Shown: in pieces, positions 34,538 through 44,910 of the stretch
How the letters are laid out: the number at the start of each line of letters is the position of its first letter
Numbering within the stretch: position 1 is the stretch's first letter
Assembly (NCBI GenBank): GCA_964490075.1
Contig: CAZBBK010000038.1
Location: forward strand, 1-52,830
DNA length: 52,830 nucleotides
Reading direction: 5' to 3'
From: an uncultured Gemmatimonadota bacterium
Lineage (GTDB): Bacteria; GCA-2686955
Notes under the pieces: generated by a model
Told to the model about the DNA's origin: nothing
The model's database searches: none
The model's input: the letters and a program-made list of their open reading frames with translations, nothing else
Position numbers and translations under genes: made by a program

Positions 34538-37041
34538 ACCTCGTAACGATACTCGCCGGCGGGGGCGACACCGGGCACCGATCCTTCCTCATCGGCGTCG
34601 CCGGTTGCTCCCGCGGGCAGCGTCAGCCCGGGACGAGATTCGATTCCGCCGATCACGCGCCCTCCTGGAAGTGTCGCTTCGGACCAGAGATCGACGGTCA
34701 CCGGGGTCAGCAGGCCGTTGGTGACGGCAACATTGTAGCGCACGGTTCCGCCTTGCGCAGGCACCACGACCGGCGCATCGTAGGGGGTTGCGCTCACCAC
34801 CACGTCGCTGGGTAGGGGGTCGGCAGTGTAGAGGATCGCGCAACGATCGTCGATCGGGGCCACGTTTTCATCGTAGAGCCCATCGAAAGCGAGCTGCAAG
34901 CCGATCGTCTCGTTCTCGTTTTCGATCCCGAAGGTGGCCCCACCGGGGTCGGTCACCTGGTCGTAGAGACAGACCACGAAGCCGTCGCCGGTCGCCGTCG
35001 GATGGTGCGCGGGATCGAGCAGGATCACCTCGAAGGTCTCGCGCACGTCGCTGGAGCCATAGTGGGCGATGTTGAACCACTCGACGATGAACCAACCTCC
35101 CGCGCTGTCGTGGTAGGTACAGATCTCGGTTCCCCCGTAGGCAGGGTTCAGGTCGGTCCAGAAGGCGGCGATCATGGCCGCGGGACCATCTGAATTCGGG
35201 ATGGCCGAATTGGTGTAGTCGGTCGACGTGGTCGAGCCCATCGCCAGCCAGCCGTTCGGACTGATGGTGATCTGCTGGTAATCCTGCCCGTAGTAACGGA
35301 ACGAGAATGGAAGCGACAGTTGCACGGGGTTATCGTCTGAAGTGGGGCCGTTGAGGACTCCCGGTCCCCCACGCGCGGGCGCGATCTCGGTCCATTGATG
35401 CAGGGGACCGGGGCGATCCGGTGTATCGCAAGCGAGATAGCCGTAGCTGTCGGGGCCGGTCGGCTCGGCGAAAGGATCACCGACCATGAACGATACCCTG
35501 AGATCGGTCTCGATTCCGCCGTCCGCGCTCACCGAGAGTTCGAGCTCGACCACGTGACCGATCAGACAATCGGCGTCGATATCGAGCTCGAAGGGGGGCG
35601 AGCCAGCGCCGCTCTCGAAGCTGTCGAGATCGGGGAAGTCGGCCGATGCTTGGGTGATCTCGACCAGGGTGTCGGATGTCGACAGGGCGCCCGAGATGCC
35701 GGTGGCGATCTCGCCACCCACGTTGACCAGGGTCACCTCCAGCGAGCCGCTCTCGCCCGGATCGATCTTGCCGTCGTTGTTGCCGCCGATATCATCACTC
35801 TCGGCGCCGGCGAGCAACAGAAAAGGCCCCGAGGCGGTGGGCCAAAGGGTCGTCACCGCACCGACCCCGGCCGGGTAGTCGTCGTACTGCGGATCCTCGT
35901 CCGACTGATCGTGGGCCTCGGCGTAGACGAACGCTTCCTCCATGGAGACCACGCCGTCGGAGTTGGCATCGGCGTCGACCGGCACGCCATAGGCGTCCTC
36001 GCCCATCACCGCCGCGGTCCAGTGAAACACATAGGTGTCGTAGACATAGTCGGGCGGCATCGCCCAGGAGTACTCGTCGTGGCGACAGGCCGAAGAGGCG
36101 ATGCGCGGTCCCGGCGGCACCACCACGTCGTCCAGGAATCCGCCCGAGAAGCAGGGCTCGAAAGTCTGGATGATCTTGCACTGGGGCAGTGCGTCGAGCA
36201 ACGACGCAAAATGTGAGTCGGTCAGCTCGTCGCCGTCCCAGAGATTGAAGTAGGTGTTCCAGCCGCCGTTCGAGCCGCCGTGGTCGGTGGTGAAGACGAA
36301 GAGCTTGTCCTGTGGCGTGAGGATCGTCGCGAGCTGCGCGAAGACCGCGTCGACCGACGCCAGGTCGCAAGGGAACATGATGTCGTCGTCGCCGTCGCCG
36401 TCGAGATCCGGGTGCGAGTTCTCGCCGTTCGACTGGTCGACCGCCGGATCGAGCCCATCCGAACAGAGCACGATGATGCGTTCGTCGGCAAAGCCGTAGA
36501 CCGCGTTCAAGGCCACGTAGATGTTGGACAGGTCGTTCCAGTAGCGCACGTGGTTGCTCGAGCGCGAGGCGCCGCCGTTCATCAGCACCGCCCAGCGATG
36601 GGGGTCGTCGGGCACGGTGTGCAACGCCGGAGACCGCGAGCGCCGGTTGCGCGCCGCATCCAAGATGCGCCCGATCTCGGTCTCGACGGGCCGATAGTCG
36701 GCGTCGTTGCGCGGCGGCTGGTCGGCTACGACCACGTCACCCAGCTCACCGCCGGCGGCCACGAAGGCGTAGCGCACCGGATGCGAGAAGTTGGCGCTCG
36801 GGTGGTCGTCGATGAAGACCACGGTCCCCGGGGCGGGGGCGACCAGCAGGAGCTCTTTCAGGCTCCAGATCTCCGTCCCCGCCGCCACCGGTCCCCACAC
36901 CTGCAGCACCACTCCGTCCCTGCCCTCGGGGAGCAAGGCCGCCTCGACCGTTGCGACGATGGTCTCGACGCGTTTTGGACCGTGCTCGGCCACCGCCGCG
37001 GTTCCCAGAAGGAGAATCGATGCCAAGATCGAGATGCTCAT
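34471..37041 (-). CDS. Secreted C13 (legumain/caspase-fold) peptidase, multidomain
   Basis: Signal peptide; WAVLMNGG, RYWND, FTTDHGG (His), FEPCFSGGF (Cys); GPDSYGY module. Confidence 0.85.
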   Translation of the reverse strand: MSISILASILLLGTAAVAEHGPKRVETIVATVEAALLPEGRDGVVLQVWGPVAAGTEIWSLKELLLVAPAPGTVVFIDDHPSANFSHPVRYAFVAAGGELGDVVVADQPPRNDADYRPVETEIGRILDAARNRRSRSPALHTVPDDPHRWAVLMNGGASRSSNHVRYWNDLSNIYVALNAVYGFADERIIVLCSDGLDPAVDQSNGENSHPDLDGDGDDDIMFPCDLASVDAVFAQLATILTPQDKLFVFTTDHGGSNGGWNTYFNLWDGDELTDSHFASLLDALPQCKIIQTFEPCFSGGFLDDVVVPPGPRIASSACRHDEYSWAMPPDYVYDTYVFHWTAAVMGEDAYGVPVDADANSDGVVSMEEAFVYAEAHDQSDEDPQYDDYPAGVGAVTTLWPTASGPFLLLAGAESDDIGGNNDGKIDPGESGSLEVTLVNVGGEIATGISGALSTSDTLVEITQASADFPDLDSFESGAGSPPFELDIDADCLIGHVVELELSVSADGGIETDLRVSFMVGDPFAEPTGPDSYGYLACDTPDRPGPLHQWTEIAPARGGPGVLNGPTSDDNPVQLSLPFSFRYYGQDYQQITISPNGWLAMGSTTSTDYTNSAIPNSDGPAAMIAAFWTDLNPAYGGTEICTYHDSAGGWFIVEWFNIAHYGSSDVRETFEVILLDPAHHPTATGDGFVVCLYDQVTDPGGATFGIENENETIGLQLAFDGLYDENVAPIDDRCAILYTADPLPSDVVVSATPYDAPVVVPAQGGTVRYNVAVTNGLLTPVTVDLWSEATLPGGRVIGGIESRPGLTLPAGATGDADEEGSVPGVAPAGEYRYEVYLGGDPWRVWSSSGFDLEKEE

Positions 37042-37226
37042 GCTTCACCATCCACTTCGGCCCTTGTTCGATGCGCCGAGCGTCGAGCTTCCGTCTCGCG
37101 AGGCCGCCAGGGCGCTTACTCTTGAGCCTAACGCGCAATTCTCACCGCTCCTACTGGTGCCGCCCACAAGTCGACCGAAAGCCGGTCGATGGCAGGCGCG
37201 GTTCCACGCTTTCAGGAAACCGCTCG

Positions 37227-38042
37227 ATGAAGAACTCGTTGATCGCGTGCGCCGCCGCCCTGCTCGCGGCGAGCGTCTCGGTTCCGGCGCTGGCGGACGG
37301 CCCGGCGCCCGGAACCCCAGCTCCCGACTTCACCTTGCACGACGTGAGCTACGTCGACCACAGTCTCTCGGACTTCCGCGGCAAGGTGATCATGCTCAAC
37401 TTCTGGGCCTCATGGTGAAGCTCGTGCCGTGCGGAGTTGCCGCACCTCGAAGATATCGCCACTGAATACGCCGAGCGGGGAGTCGTGGTGATCGCTCCCA
37501 ACTACAAGGAGAGCCACTCCATCGTCCAGAGCTACCAGGACCTGTATCCCAATATCCTGATGTTGGAGGACACCGACGGAACCGCCTACGGCCTCTATCG
37601 TTACACGGGGTACATCCCGCTGAACTACGTGATCGACCACGACCTGTGGCAGACCGTCGACTACCGGATGGAGGGCTACAACGACCAAGTCATCAGGAGC
37701 CACATCGACGGCCTGCTCTCCGACGTGGTCGCGACCATCACGGCCGATTCCGAGACCTACTCCCCGGGCGGCAACCTGGGCTTCGATCTCCACTACCACA
37801 ACTGGGGCGCCGCCACCCACTCGGTCTACACCACACTCGACGTCAAGCTCCCCGAGGGCGGCTACCTCAACGTCGAGACTTCGGAGCTCTCGCTCGATCC
37901 CGGCGAGACCGTCACCCTGCGTCAAGATCTGACGATCCCAGGCGCGGCGCCGCTCGACTCCTACGTGATGCGGATCCGCCTCGGTTTGCCTCCCAACGAC
38001 ATGTGGAGCTCCGACTACTTCGACTTCGAGCTGGTTCCCTGA
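37227..38042 (+). CDS. Secreted TlpA-like redoxin, probable selenoprotein (UxxC, Sec64)
   Basis: APDFTL...GKVIMLNFWASW-TGA(37416-37418)-SSCRAELPHL; the frame stays open to 38042. A SECIS-like hairpin follows. Confidence 0.88.
37429..37445 (+). promoter_or_regulatory. Bacterial SECIS-like hairpin
   Basis: GTGCGG-AGTTG-CCGCAC; the apical loop starts 17 nt after the UGA and has G in its second position. Confidence 0.65.
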
Positions 38043-38048
38043 GTGCGA

Positions 38049-38081
38049 TCCGGAGCCCCTCGGCGACCGGGGGGTTCCGGA
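38049..38081. terminator. GC hairpin between convergent genes
   Basis: TCCGGAGCCCCTCGG-CGA-CCGGGGGGTTCCGGA inverted repeat; no U-tract. Confidence 0.5.
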
Positions 38082-38083
38082 GT

Positions 38084-39040
38084 CTACGTCACATCCAACA
38101 CCGCCGCCTCGAGCCCCCGCCCGCGGCGCACCTCGACCACCGGCGCGCCGGCGTCGAGCAAGAGCCGCAGCAGGGCGGGGATCATCGTCTCGGCCGGCGC
38201 CTGCTGCGGATCGAAACCGACCACGAAGCTCCGCTCGCCGGGCCGCCAATCGACCGCAATGACGTGTTTCTGCTGCGTCATCGCCCGCCGCGCCGCATCC
38301 GCCCGGCCCCCTGACTCTCCCGCCTCGTCCCACCCCGCGGCGATCACGAAGCTGACCTCGGCGTGGGCCGCGGTGAGAACGCTCATCGTCCCCTCCTGCA
38401 CCACCCGCCCCTCCCGCAGAATCGCCGCGCAGTCGCAGAGCGTCTCCAGCTCCGCCAGGTTGTGGCTCGAGATCAGGATCGTGGCCTTCCCGCGCAGCGC
38501 ACCGATCCGGCGCCGCACCAGAGCCGCCGACTTCGGATCGAGGCTGTCGGTCGGCTCGTCGAGCAGCACCAGCTCCGGCTCGCCGAGAAAGGCCTGGGCC
38601 AGAGCCACTCGCCGGGCCAGCCCGTGGCTCAGGGTGCCGATCCGGGTCGCCTCGGCGGTCTCCATGCCGGTCTTCTCGAGCGCGTCATGGGCCGCCGCGC
38701 GCGCGTCATGCGCCCTCATCGCGAGCAGTCGAGCGCAGTCTCTCAGGTAGCGGCCGACCGTCTCGTGCGGTGGCAAAGCCGCTCCCTGCGGCAGCACCCC
38801 GATGCGGCCGAGCAGCCGCTTCCGATCCCGCGGCAAGAGCGCCCCCAGAACCGCCACCTCCCCCGCATCGACCCCCAGAAAACCGGCCAGCACCCCCAGC
38901 AGCGTGGTCTTGCCGGCCCCATTCGGACCGATCACCCCGTAGACCGATCCGCGCTCCACCCGCAGGTCGAGTCCGGCCAGCGCCCGCACCGACCCGAAGC
39001 GCTTCTCGACCCCACGCACGTCGATCGCCGCGTCAGACAT
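38084..39040 (-). CDS. ABC transporter ATP-binding protein
   Basis: GPNGAGKTT, LSHG signature variant, LLDEPT, SSH. Confidence 0.95.
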   Translation of the reverse strand: MSDAAIDVRGVEKRFGSVRALAGLDLRVERGSVYGVIGPNGAGKTTLLGVLAGFLGVDAGEVAVLGALLPRDRKRLLGRIGVLPQGAALPPHETVGRYLRDCARLLAMRAHDARAAAHDALEKTGMETAEATRIGTLSHGLARRVALAQAFLGEPELVLLDEPTDSLDPKSAALVRRRIGALRGKATILISSHNLAELETLCDCAAILREGRVVQEGTMSVLTAAHAEVSFVIAAGWDEAGESGGRADAARRAMTQQKHVIAVDWRPGERSFVVGFDPQQAPAETMIPALLRLLLDAGAPVVEVRRGRGLEAAVLDVT

Positions 39041-39890
39041 CGCGCCTCCCGAGCGCCCACGCCGCCAGCCCCGCCAACACGCCGCAGAAGGCGACATGAA
39101 CCGCCGCCCCGCGCGCCACCTGCCCCGGAATCACCAGGCTGCGCCACTGCACATAGGGCGAGAGCCGCGCCAGATCCACCCCGCCCAGGTCAGGACCCAG
39201 GAGCCAGATCAGCGCCCATCCCACCAGCGACACCACCCCGAGCAAGAGCGCCGCGCCGCCCGTCGTCGCCACGCTCGAGATCGCACAGGCCGCGCAGACG
39301 AAGACCGCGCCGAAGAGCAGCCCGAGGCACCAGTAGCGCCCCACCACCAACCCCGTCACGACCCAGCCGGGCGCCAGTCCGCGCAGCTCCCCGAGCGCCA
39401 CCATGAGCGCGCCGCAGATCGCCGTCAGCAACCCGAGCACAGCGATCTGTCCCAGCATCTTGCCGGCCAGGTAGCTGCCACGCCCGCAGCGCGTCAGAGC
39501 GAAGCGAATCGCCCCGCTCTGGATATCCCCGGCGATCGCGTCCGACGCGATCAGCGTCGCGAGCAAAGGCAGCGACAGATAGGAGACCACCAGAAAGAAG
39601 AGCGCCACCGGCGGCGTAGTCACCAGCGCCGCCGCCAGCTCTCCCCCGGCCCCGCCCCCCAGTAGATCGACGAAGGAGATCGACTCCTCGCCCGCCCCGC
39701 CGCCCAAGGTCGCCACCGACACCCGCAGCGCCCCCTCCGCGCCCGCCGCGATCCGCGCCAGCAGGTTGCCCCAGAACAGGTAGAAGCCGACGTAGAGCAC
39801 CGCCAGCACCACTCCGCGCCGGCCGCGCAGCACCCGCCGCAGCTCCGCCCCGGCAATCACGGCAATGCTGCGGGCGCGCACTGTCATCAC
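39033..39890 (-). CDS. ABC-2 type permease
   Basis: About 6 TM segments; DAIAGDIQSGAIRFALTR..R..YLAGK; coupled to the ATPase. Confidence 0.9.
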   Translation of the reverse strand: MMTVRARSIAVIAGAELRRVLRGRRGVVLAVLYVGFYLFWGNLLARIAAGAEGALRVSVATLGGGAGEESISFVDLLGGGAGGELAAALVTTPPVALFFLVVSYLSLPLLATLIASDAIAGDIQSGAIRFALTRCGRGSYLAGKMLGQIAVLGLLTAICGALMVALGELRGLAPGWVVTGLVVGRYWCLGLLFGAVFVCAACAISSVATTGGAALLLGVVSLVGWALIWLLGPDLGGVDLARLSPYVQWRSLVIPGQVARGAAVHVAFCGVLAGLAAWALGRRDV

Positions 39891-39897
39891 CCGGACG

Positions 39898-42864
39898 CTA
39901 CAGGATTCCCGGCTTGCCCTGGGCGAAGCGCCGGAACTCCGTCGCCAACAGGTCGATATGCTCTTCCTCTTCCGCCTCGAGCTCCTGGTAGAGGGTATGA
40001 GTCGCCGACTCCGGATCGAACTTCTCCCGCTCCGCGGCGAAGAAGTCGCGCGCCCGCTCCTCCAGGTGGATCGCCAGCTTCAGCACGTCGACCCCGTCGT
40101 TCACCGGCTCGTCGAAGCCGGCGTAGACCGCCGCCTGGGCCGTGGTCATCCGCTTTCCCTCCACGCTCTTGGGCGGACCGACGTGGTAGCGGTGGGCCAG
40201 CGTCTCGACGTGCTCGCGCTCCATCTCCGCCAGGCGCCGGAAGAGCTCGCGCAGCTCGCCATCCTCCACCTCTTCGGCATGGCTCTCGTAGAAATGAGCC
40301 GCCCCGAGCTCGATCTCGAAGGCCTGGCGCACCGCCCGGCGCGCCTCGTCGTCCTCCAGGTCGCCCACGTCCTCCACCACCATGTGGCCGTTGCAGGCCG
40401 GGCACAGTCCCCAGGGGAAGGCGAAGCCTTCGTAGACCTTCTTGCAGCTCTCGCAGTGCCAGGTCAGCTCGGTGTCGGCGCAGCAGACGTAGGTCTCGCG
40501 CCCCTCGATCGGGCGATGGCAGCGGCTGCACAGGAACTCCACTTTGTGCTCGTCGACCGCCGCGGCCTCCTCGACATCTTCTTCCGCCTGCGGCCACTCC
40601 CAGCGCTCGAGATAGTCGGCGATCGCCGCCGCCGCCCGCCGCCCGGCCCCCATCGCCAAGATCACCGTCGCACCACCGGTCACGATGTCGCCCCCGGCGA
40701 ACACCCCCTCGATGTTGGTGGCCTGGGTTTCGGGGTCGGCCACGATGTAGCCGTTGCCGCGCGTCTTCAGGTCGGGCGTCGATTGGGCGATGATCGGGTT
40801 GGCACGGGTGCCGAGCGCGTAGATCACCGTGTCGCATTCGATCGTCTCGATCTCGCCCTCGACCGCCCGCGGCCGGCGCCGCCCGGAGTCGTCCGGCTCG
40901 CCGAGCTCCATCACCTGGCAGCGCATCGACCGCACGTCGCCCTCGTGGTTGGTCACGATCTCGACCGGGCCGCGCAGCCAGTGGAAGTGGATCCCCTCTT
41001 CCTTGGCATGACGCAGCTCCTCGAGGCGCGCCGGCACCTCGGCCTCGGTGCGCCGGTAGACGCAGTGCACCGACTCGGCCCCCAGCCGCACCGCCACCCG
41101 CAAGCAATCCATCGCCGTGTTGCCGGCGCCGATCACCACCACCTTCGGCCCCATCGCCACCGGCGTATCCTCGAGCGGGAACTGGTCGCCGCGCATCAGA
41201 TTGACGCGCGTCAAGAACTCGTTGGCGCTGTAGACCTGACCGGCGAACTCCCCGGGAATCCCCAGGAACATCGGAAAGCCCGCGCCGGTCGCCACGAACA
41301 CCGCGTCATAACCCATCTCCTCGCGCAGCTGCTGGATCGAGAAGGTCTTGCCGACGATCTTGTTGAGCTCGATGTTCACCCCGGCGCGCTCCAGGCAGCC
41401 CAGCTCCTGGTCGATCACCCGCCGCGGCAGCCGGAAGGCCGGAATTCCGTAAGACAGCACCCCACCGGCCACGTGCAGCGCCTCGAAGATCGTCACGCTC
41501 GCCCCGCGACGCGTCAAGTCGGCCGCGCAAGCCAGTCCCCCCGGCCCCGACCCGACGATCGCCACCTTGCCGATCGCCTTGCGATGCTCTCCGCCGCACT
41601 TGATCTGGCCCGACGCGTGGTCGCCCACGAAGCGCTCCAGCCGCCCGATCGCCACCGGCTCCACCTTCTTGCCGATGATGCACTGCGCCTCGCACTGGCT
41701 TTCCTGGGGGCAGACCCGCCCGCAGATCGACGGAAAGACGTTGGTCTCGCGAATCACCCCGAGCGCCCCCTCGATGTCGCGCACCACGATGTGGCGAATG
41801 AAGCGCGGGATGTCGATCGACACCGGGCAGCCGGCGATGCACAGGGGACGCACGCACTGGATGCAGCGCTCCGCCTCGGCCACCGCATCGCCCATGCTGT
41901 AGCCCAGGTTCACCTCCTGGAAGTTGCTCACGCGGTCGGCCGCTGGGCGCTCCGGCATGGGGACCGCCGTCGGCAGCAAATCCTTGATCTTCTTGTAGTT
42001 GCGCTTCTCTTGCTCGAACAGCTCGGCCTCGATGCTGCAGATCCGATCGTAGTCCGCCTCGGCCTTGCGCTCGTGGGTCTTGAAGCGTTGCTGGCGCAGC
42101 ATCAGCTCGTCGAAGTCGACCGCGTGGGCGTCGAACTCGGGACCGTCGACGCAGGCGAAGCGCACCTCGCCGCCGACCGTGACGCGGCACGAACCGCACA
42201 TCCCCGTGCCGTCGACCATGATCGCATTCAGGCTCACCACCGTGCGCACCCCGCTCTCGCGCGTCACCTCCGCGCAGGCCCGCATCATCGGCAGGGGGCC
42301 GATGGCCACCACCAGATCGGGCGGCGAGTCGCCGCTGATCACGTCGCGCAGCGCCTCGGTCACGAAGCCCGGCCGCCCGAAGGAGCCGTCGTCGGTGCAG
42401 ACGATCAGCTCGTCCGAGTGGGGCGCGAAGCGATCCTCCCAGAAGACCAGGTCCTTCGACCGAAAGCCGATGATCGAGGTGGTGCGATTCCCCGCCTGGT
42501 GAAAGGCGCGCAGTTGCGGAAAGACCGGCGCCACGCCGAGCCCTCCACCCACCATCACCACGTGCCCCACCTTCTCGATCTCGCTGGCCAGCCCCAGGGG
42601 CCCCGCGAAGTCGGTGAAGGTGTCGCCGGCGCGATACTCGTCGAGCATCTTGCGCGTGCTCTTGCCGACCGCCTGCACCACGATGGTGACGGTGCCGGCG
42701 TCGACGTCGTAGTCGGCGACGGTGAGCGGGATGCGCTCCCCGCCTTCATCGAGCCGAACGATGACGAACTGACCGGGGACCGCGGCACGCGCCACATCGG
42801 GCGCCTCCACGACCCAGGCGAAGGTGGTATCGGAGTACTGCTCTTTTTCGAGGATCTTGTACAT
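39898..42864 (-). CDS. NfnA-NfnB-like fused flavin/Fe-S oxidoreductase with C-terminal CxxC pairs and a ferritin/rubrerythrin-like domain
   Basis: GERIPLT, GGGLGVAP, MVDGTGMCGSCRV..CVDGPEF (NfnA); EAERCIQC, CGRVCPQE, GSGPGG, GAGNTAMD, GGDIVTG (NfnB/GltD-like); CSRC, CESC, CPAC; EREH and EEEH. Confidence 0.9.
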   Translation of the reverse strand: MYKILEKEQYSDTTFAWVVEAPDVARAAVPGQFVIVRLDEGGERIPLTVADYDVDAGTVTIVVQAVGKSTRKMLDEYRAGDTFTDFAGPLGLASEIEKVGHVVMVGGGLGVAPVFPQLRAFHQAGNRTTSIIGFRSKDLVFWEDRFAPHSDELIVCTDDGSFGRPGFVTEALRDVISGDSPPDLVVAIGPLPMMRACAEVTRESGVRTVVSLNAIMVDGTGMCGSCRVTVGGEVRFACVDGPEFDAHAVDFDELMLRQQRFKTHERKAEADYDRICSIEAELFEQEKRNYKKIKDLLPTAVPMPERPAADRVSNFQEVNLGYSMGDAVAEAERCIQCVRPLCIAGCPVSIDIPRFIRHIVVRDIEGALGVIRETNVFPSICGRVCPQESQCEAQCIIGKKVEPVAIGRLERFVGDHASGQIKCGGEHRKAIGKVAIVGSGPGGLACAADLTRRGASVTIFEALHVAGGVLSYGIPAFRLPRRVIDQELGCLERAGVNIELNKIVGKTFSIQQLREEMGYDAVFVATGAGFPMFLGIPGEFAGQVYSANEFLTRVNLMRGDQFPLEDTPVAMGPKVVVIGAGNTAMDCLRVAVRLGAESVHCVYRRTEAEVPARLEELRHAKEEGIHFHWLRGPVEIVTNHEGDVRSMRCQVMELGEPDDSGRRRPRAVEGEIETIECDTVIYALGTRANPIIAQSTPDLKTRGNGYIVADPETQATNIEGVFAGGDIVTGGATVILAMGAGRRAAAAIADYLERWEWPQAEEDVEEAAAVDEHKVEFLCSRCHRPIEGRETYVCCADTELTWHCESCKKVYEGFAFPWGLCPACNGHMVVEDVGDLEDDEARRAVRQAFEIELGAAHFYESHAEEVEDGELRELFRRLAEMEREHVETLAHRYHVGPPKSVEGKRMTTAQAAVYAGFDEPVNDGVDVLKLAIHLEERARDFFAAEREKFDPESATHTLYQELEAEEEEHIDLLATEFRRFAQGKPGIL

Positions 42865-43661
42865 GGCGATCTTGGGGGCGAGGAGGGGGAGAAGGAGGTC
42901 GCTGCGCGGCCCCGCCTCGTCTCGAAGAGGGCTGCCAGGCAAACCTGGAGGGTAGCACGGGGCGGGCCTGAGCCCACCGCCCCCGGCGACCGTCCCCCTC
43001 ACCCGACAAAACTCCCAACTCATGATCGAGAGATCCGAGTCACGACCGGATATCGGTCATGGCTCGCGTCTCATCCTCGAGAGTCCCGAGCCATGGCCGT
43101 ATTTCCGCCACAACTCCCAACTCTCCTTCGAGAGTGCGGAGTCGTGACCGAAATCCGCGACGCAGCGTGCCACTCCGCGCCCAGAACGAGGAGTCATGAC
43201 GGGAGTTGGGGCTGCGGAAGGACCCGATCCGCGCGGCTGTGGTCGCTCCTCGGTCAAATCCCCTGCCTGAGACGACTCAGCAGCCCAGCCACCCTTCCGA
43301 AGCACAGCCTCCGCCCCCACGCCAAGCCCGACCGGTCCGGGTGAAAGCCCCCAGCCACGAAAATGCATGGGCGATTCCGCGCGATCGACCCTCGCCGGAT
43401 CGATCCCCCGCCCCCCTCCGCGACCCCGCCCGATCGCCATAACCCATTGCAGCAAAGCGAGGTAAGTTGGTTACCATAGTGTCGCCGCCCGGTGGCACGG
43501 GCTTTGCCTGCTCCCCACAGCGTTCCTCAACATTCCTTCTCTACCGTGAGCTCGCCCCTTCCCGTTCACGCCGCCGGTGCGCCTCAGCCCCCCAGGCGCC
43601 GGCGGCGCAACCGAGTTCGCCCTCCAGAGCAGCCGGTCCGCCCGGCGGTAAGGAGCTTTCG

Positions 43662-44144
43662 ATGACCATGAAGACCGCATGCGCGGCGGCGGCGGCCGGC
43701 CTCTTGGCCCTCTCCACCACCTCCGGCGCCACCGTGCTGATCAAGAAGAACCTCGTCGACCTCTCGAACGAAGCCGAGTCGATCGTCACCGGCACCGTCA
43801 CCGAAGTCTGGTCGGAGCCCGCCGGCGGGTCGATCGACAGCTACGCCGAGGTCCAGGTCTCCGAGTGGATCAAGGGCGATTCCAACGCCGCGACGGTCAC
43901 CGTGAAGGTCCCGGGCGGGACCATCGGCGACTTCTCGGTCGAGGTCCCCGGCACCCCGGATCTGCGCGCGGGCCAGGAGCTCTACCTCTTCCTGCACAAC
44001 GACACCAACCTCCCGACCACGGTCGTGGGATGGGCCCAGGGCGCCTTCCACGTCGAGGACGGAGTCGTGGTCGAAGTCGGCGCGCCGCTGCACGCCTTCG
44101 AGCGTCGTCTGGAAGCCATCCTCGACAGCTCGGTCAACCAGTAA
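43662..44144 (+). CDS. Secreted hypothetical protein (OB-fold-like, matrixin-associated)
   Basis: AAGGAG RBS; signal peptide; LVDLSNEAESIVTGTV, VPGGTIG, GWAQG. Confidence 0.75.
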   Translation: MTMKTACAAAAAGLLALSTTSGATVLIKKNLVDLSNEAESIVTGTVTEVWSEPAGGSIDSYAEVQVSEWIKGDSNAATVTVKVPGGTIGDFSVEVPGTPDLRAGQELYLFLHNDTNLPTTVVGWAQGAFHVEDGVVVEVGAPLHAFERRLEAILDSSVNQ

Positions 44145-44166
44145 GCGCTAACGGAGGTTCGAATCG

Positions 44167-44727
44167 ATGAAATCCCTGACCACCATTTCGACCCTGGCCG
44201 TCCTGGCGCTCGCCGCATCCAGCGCATCGGCCTATACCACCTGGGGCACCAAGGACGGCAACGCCCGCATGGACTGCTCCGCCAACTCCGGCTACACCAG
44301 CGCCCAGTACTCCGCCATGGAGCGCGGCGCGATCACCTGGAACAACGTCTCCTGCTCCAACTTCACCTTCCGCAAGGACAACCCGACGATCATCAACCGC
44401 ACCGTCCCCAAGAAGGACGGGCGCAACCACATCAAGTATGGCGACACCGGCGGCGCGCTCGGCGTCACCTACCTGATGAACAACTCGTCGAATCGCGAAT
44501 GCGACATGATCATCGAGCAGAACATCAACTGGAACGACGGCCCCGGATCGACTCCGTGGAACAAGTACGACCTGGAAGGGGTCGTCTGCCACGAGTTCGG
44601 CCACTTCCTGGGACTGGGCCATTCCAGCGTCTCGGCGGCGACCATGTACTACGCCATCGGCTCCGGTGACGACTCCAAGCGCACCCTGCATTCCGACGAC
44701 GAAAACGGAGTCTGCGCCCTCTACTAG
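44167..44727 (+). CDS. Matrixin (M10) metzincin metalloprotease
   Basis: HEFGHFLGLGH zinc motif; ATMY Met-turn; signal peptide. Confidence 0.92.
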   Translation: MKSLTTISTLAVLALAASSASAYTTWGTKDGNARMDCSANSGYTSAQYSAMERGAITWNNVSCSNFTFRKDNPTIINRTVPKKDGRNHIKYGDTGGALGVTYLMNNSSNRECDMIIEQNINWNDGPGSTPWNKYDLEGVVCHEFGHFLGLGHSSVSAATMYYAIGSGDDSKRTLHSDDENGVCALY

Positions 44728-44910
44728 CCCCCGATCCTCCCCCGGCCACCATCGAGTCGGCTCGAAGCCCTTGCATCCAAGGTCGCTTCGAGCCGACTCT
44801 TCTCGTACCGAGCGCCTTGACGCGGAATCGATCCGCGCTGGGCGAGATCCGGGCGAGGATGGTGACGCATCTGGGCCATACGCGCGGCCGCGGTCTTCCT
44901 GGCCATCGAA

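Noticed and set aside
39898-42864. Glutamate synthase small subunit (gltD)
   Set aside because: No gltB nearby, and the fused NfnA-like domain points to the Nfn family.
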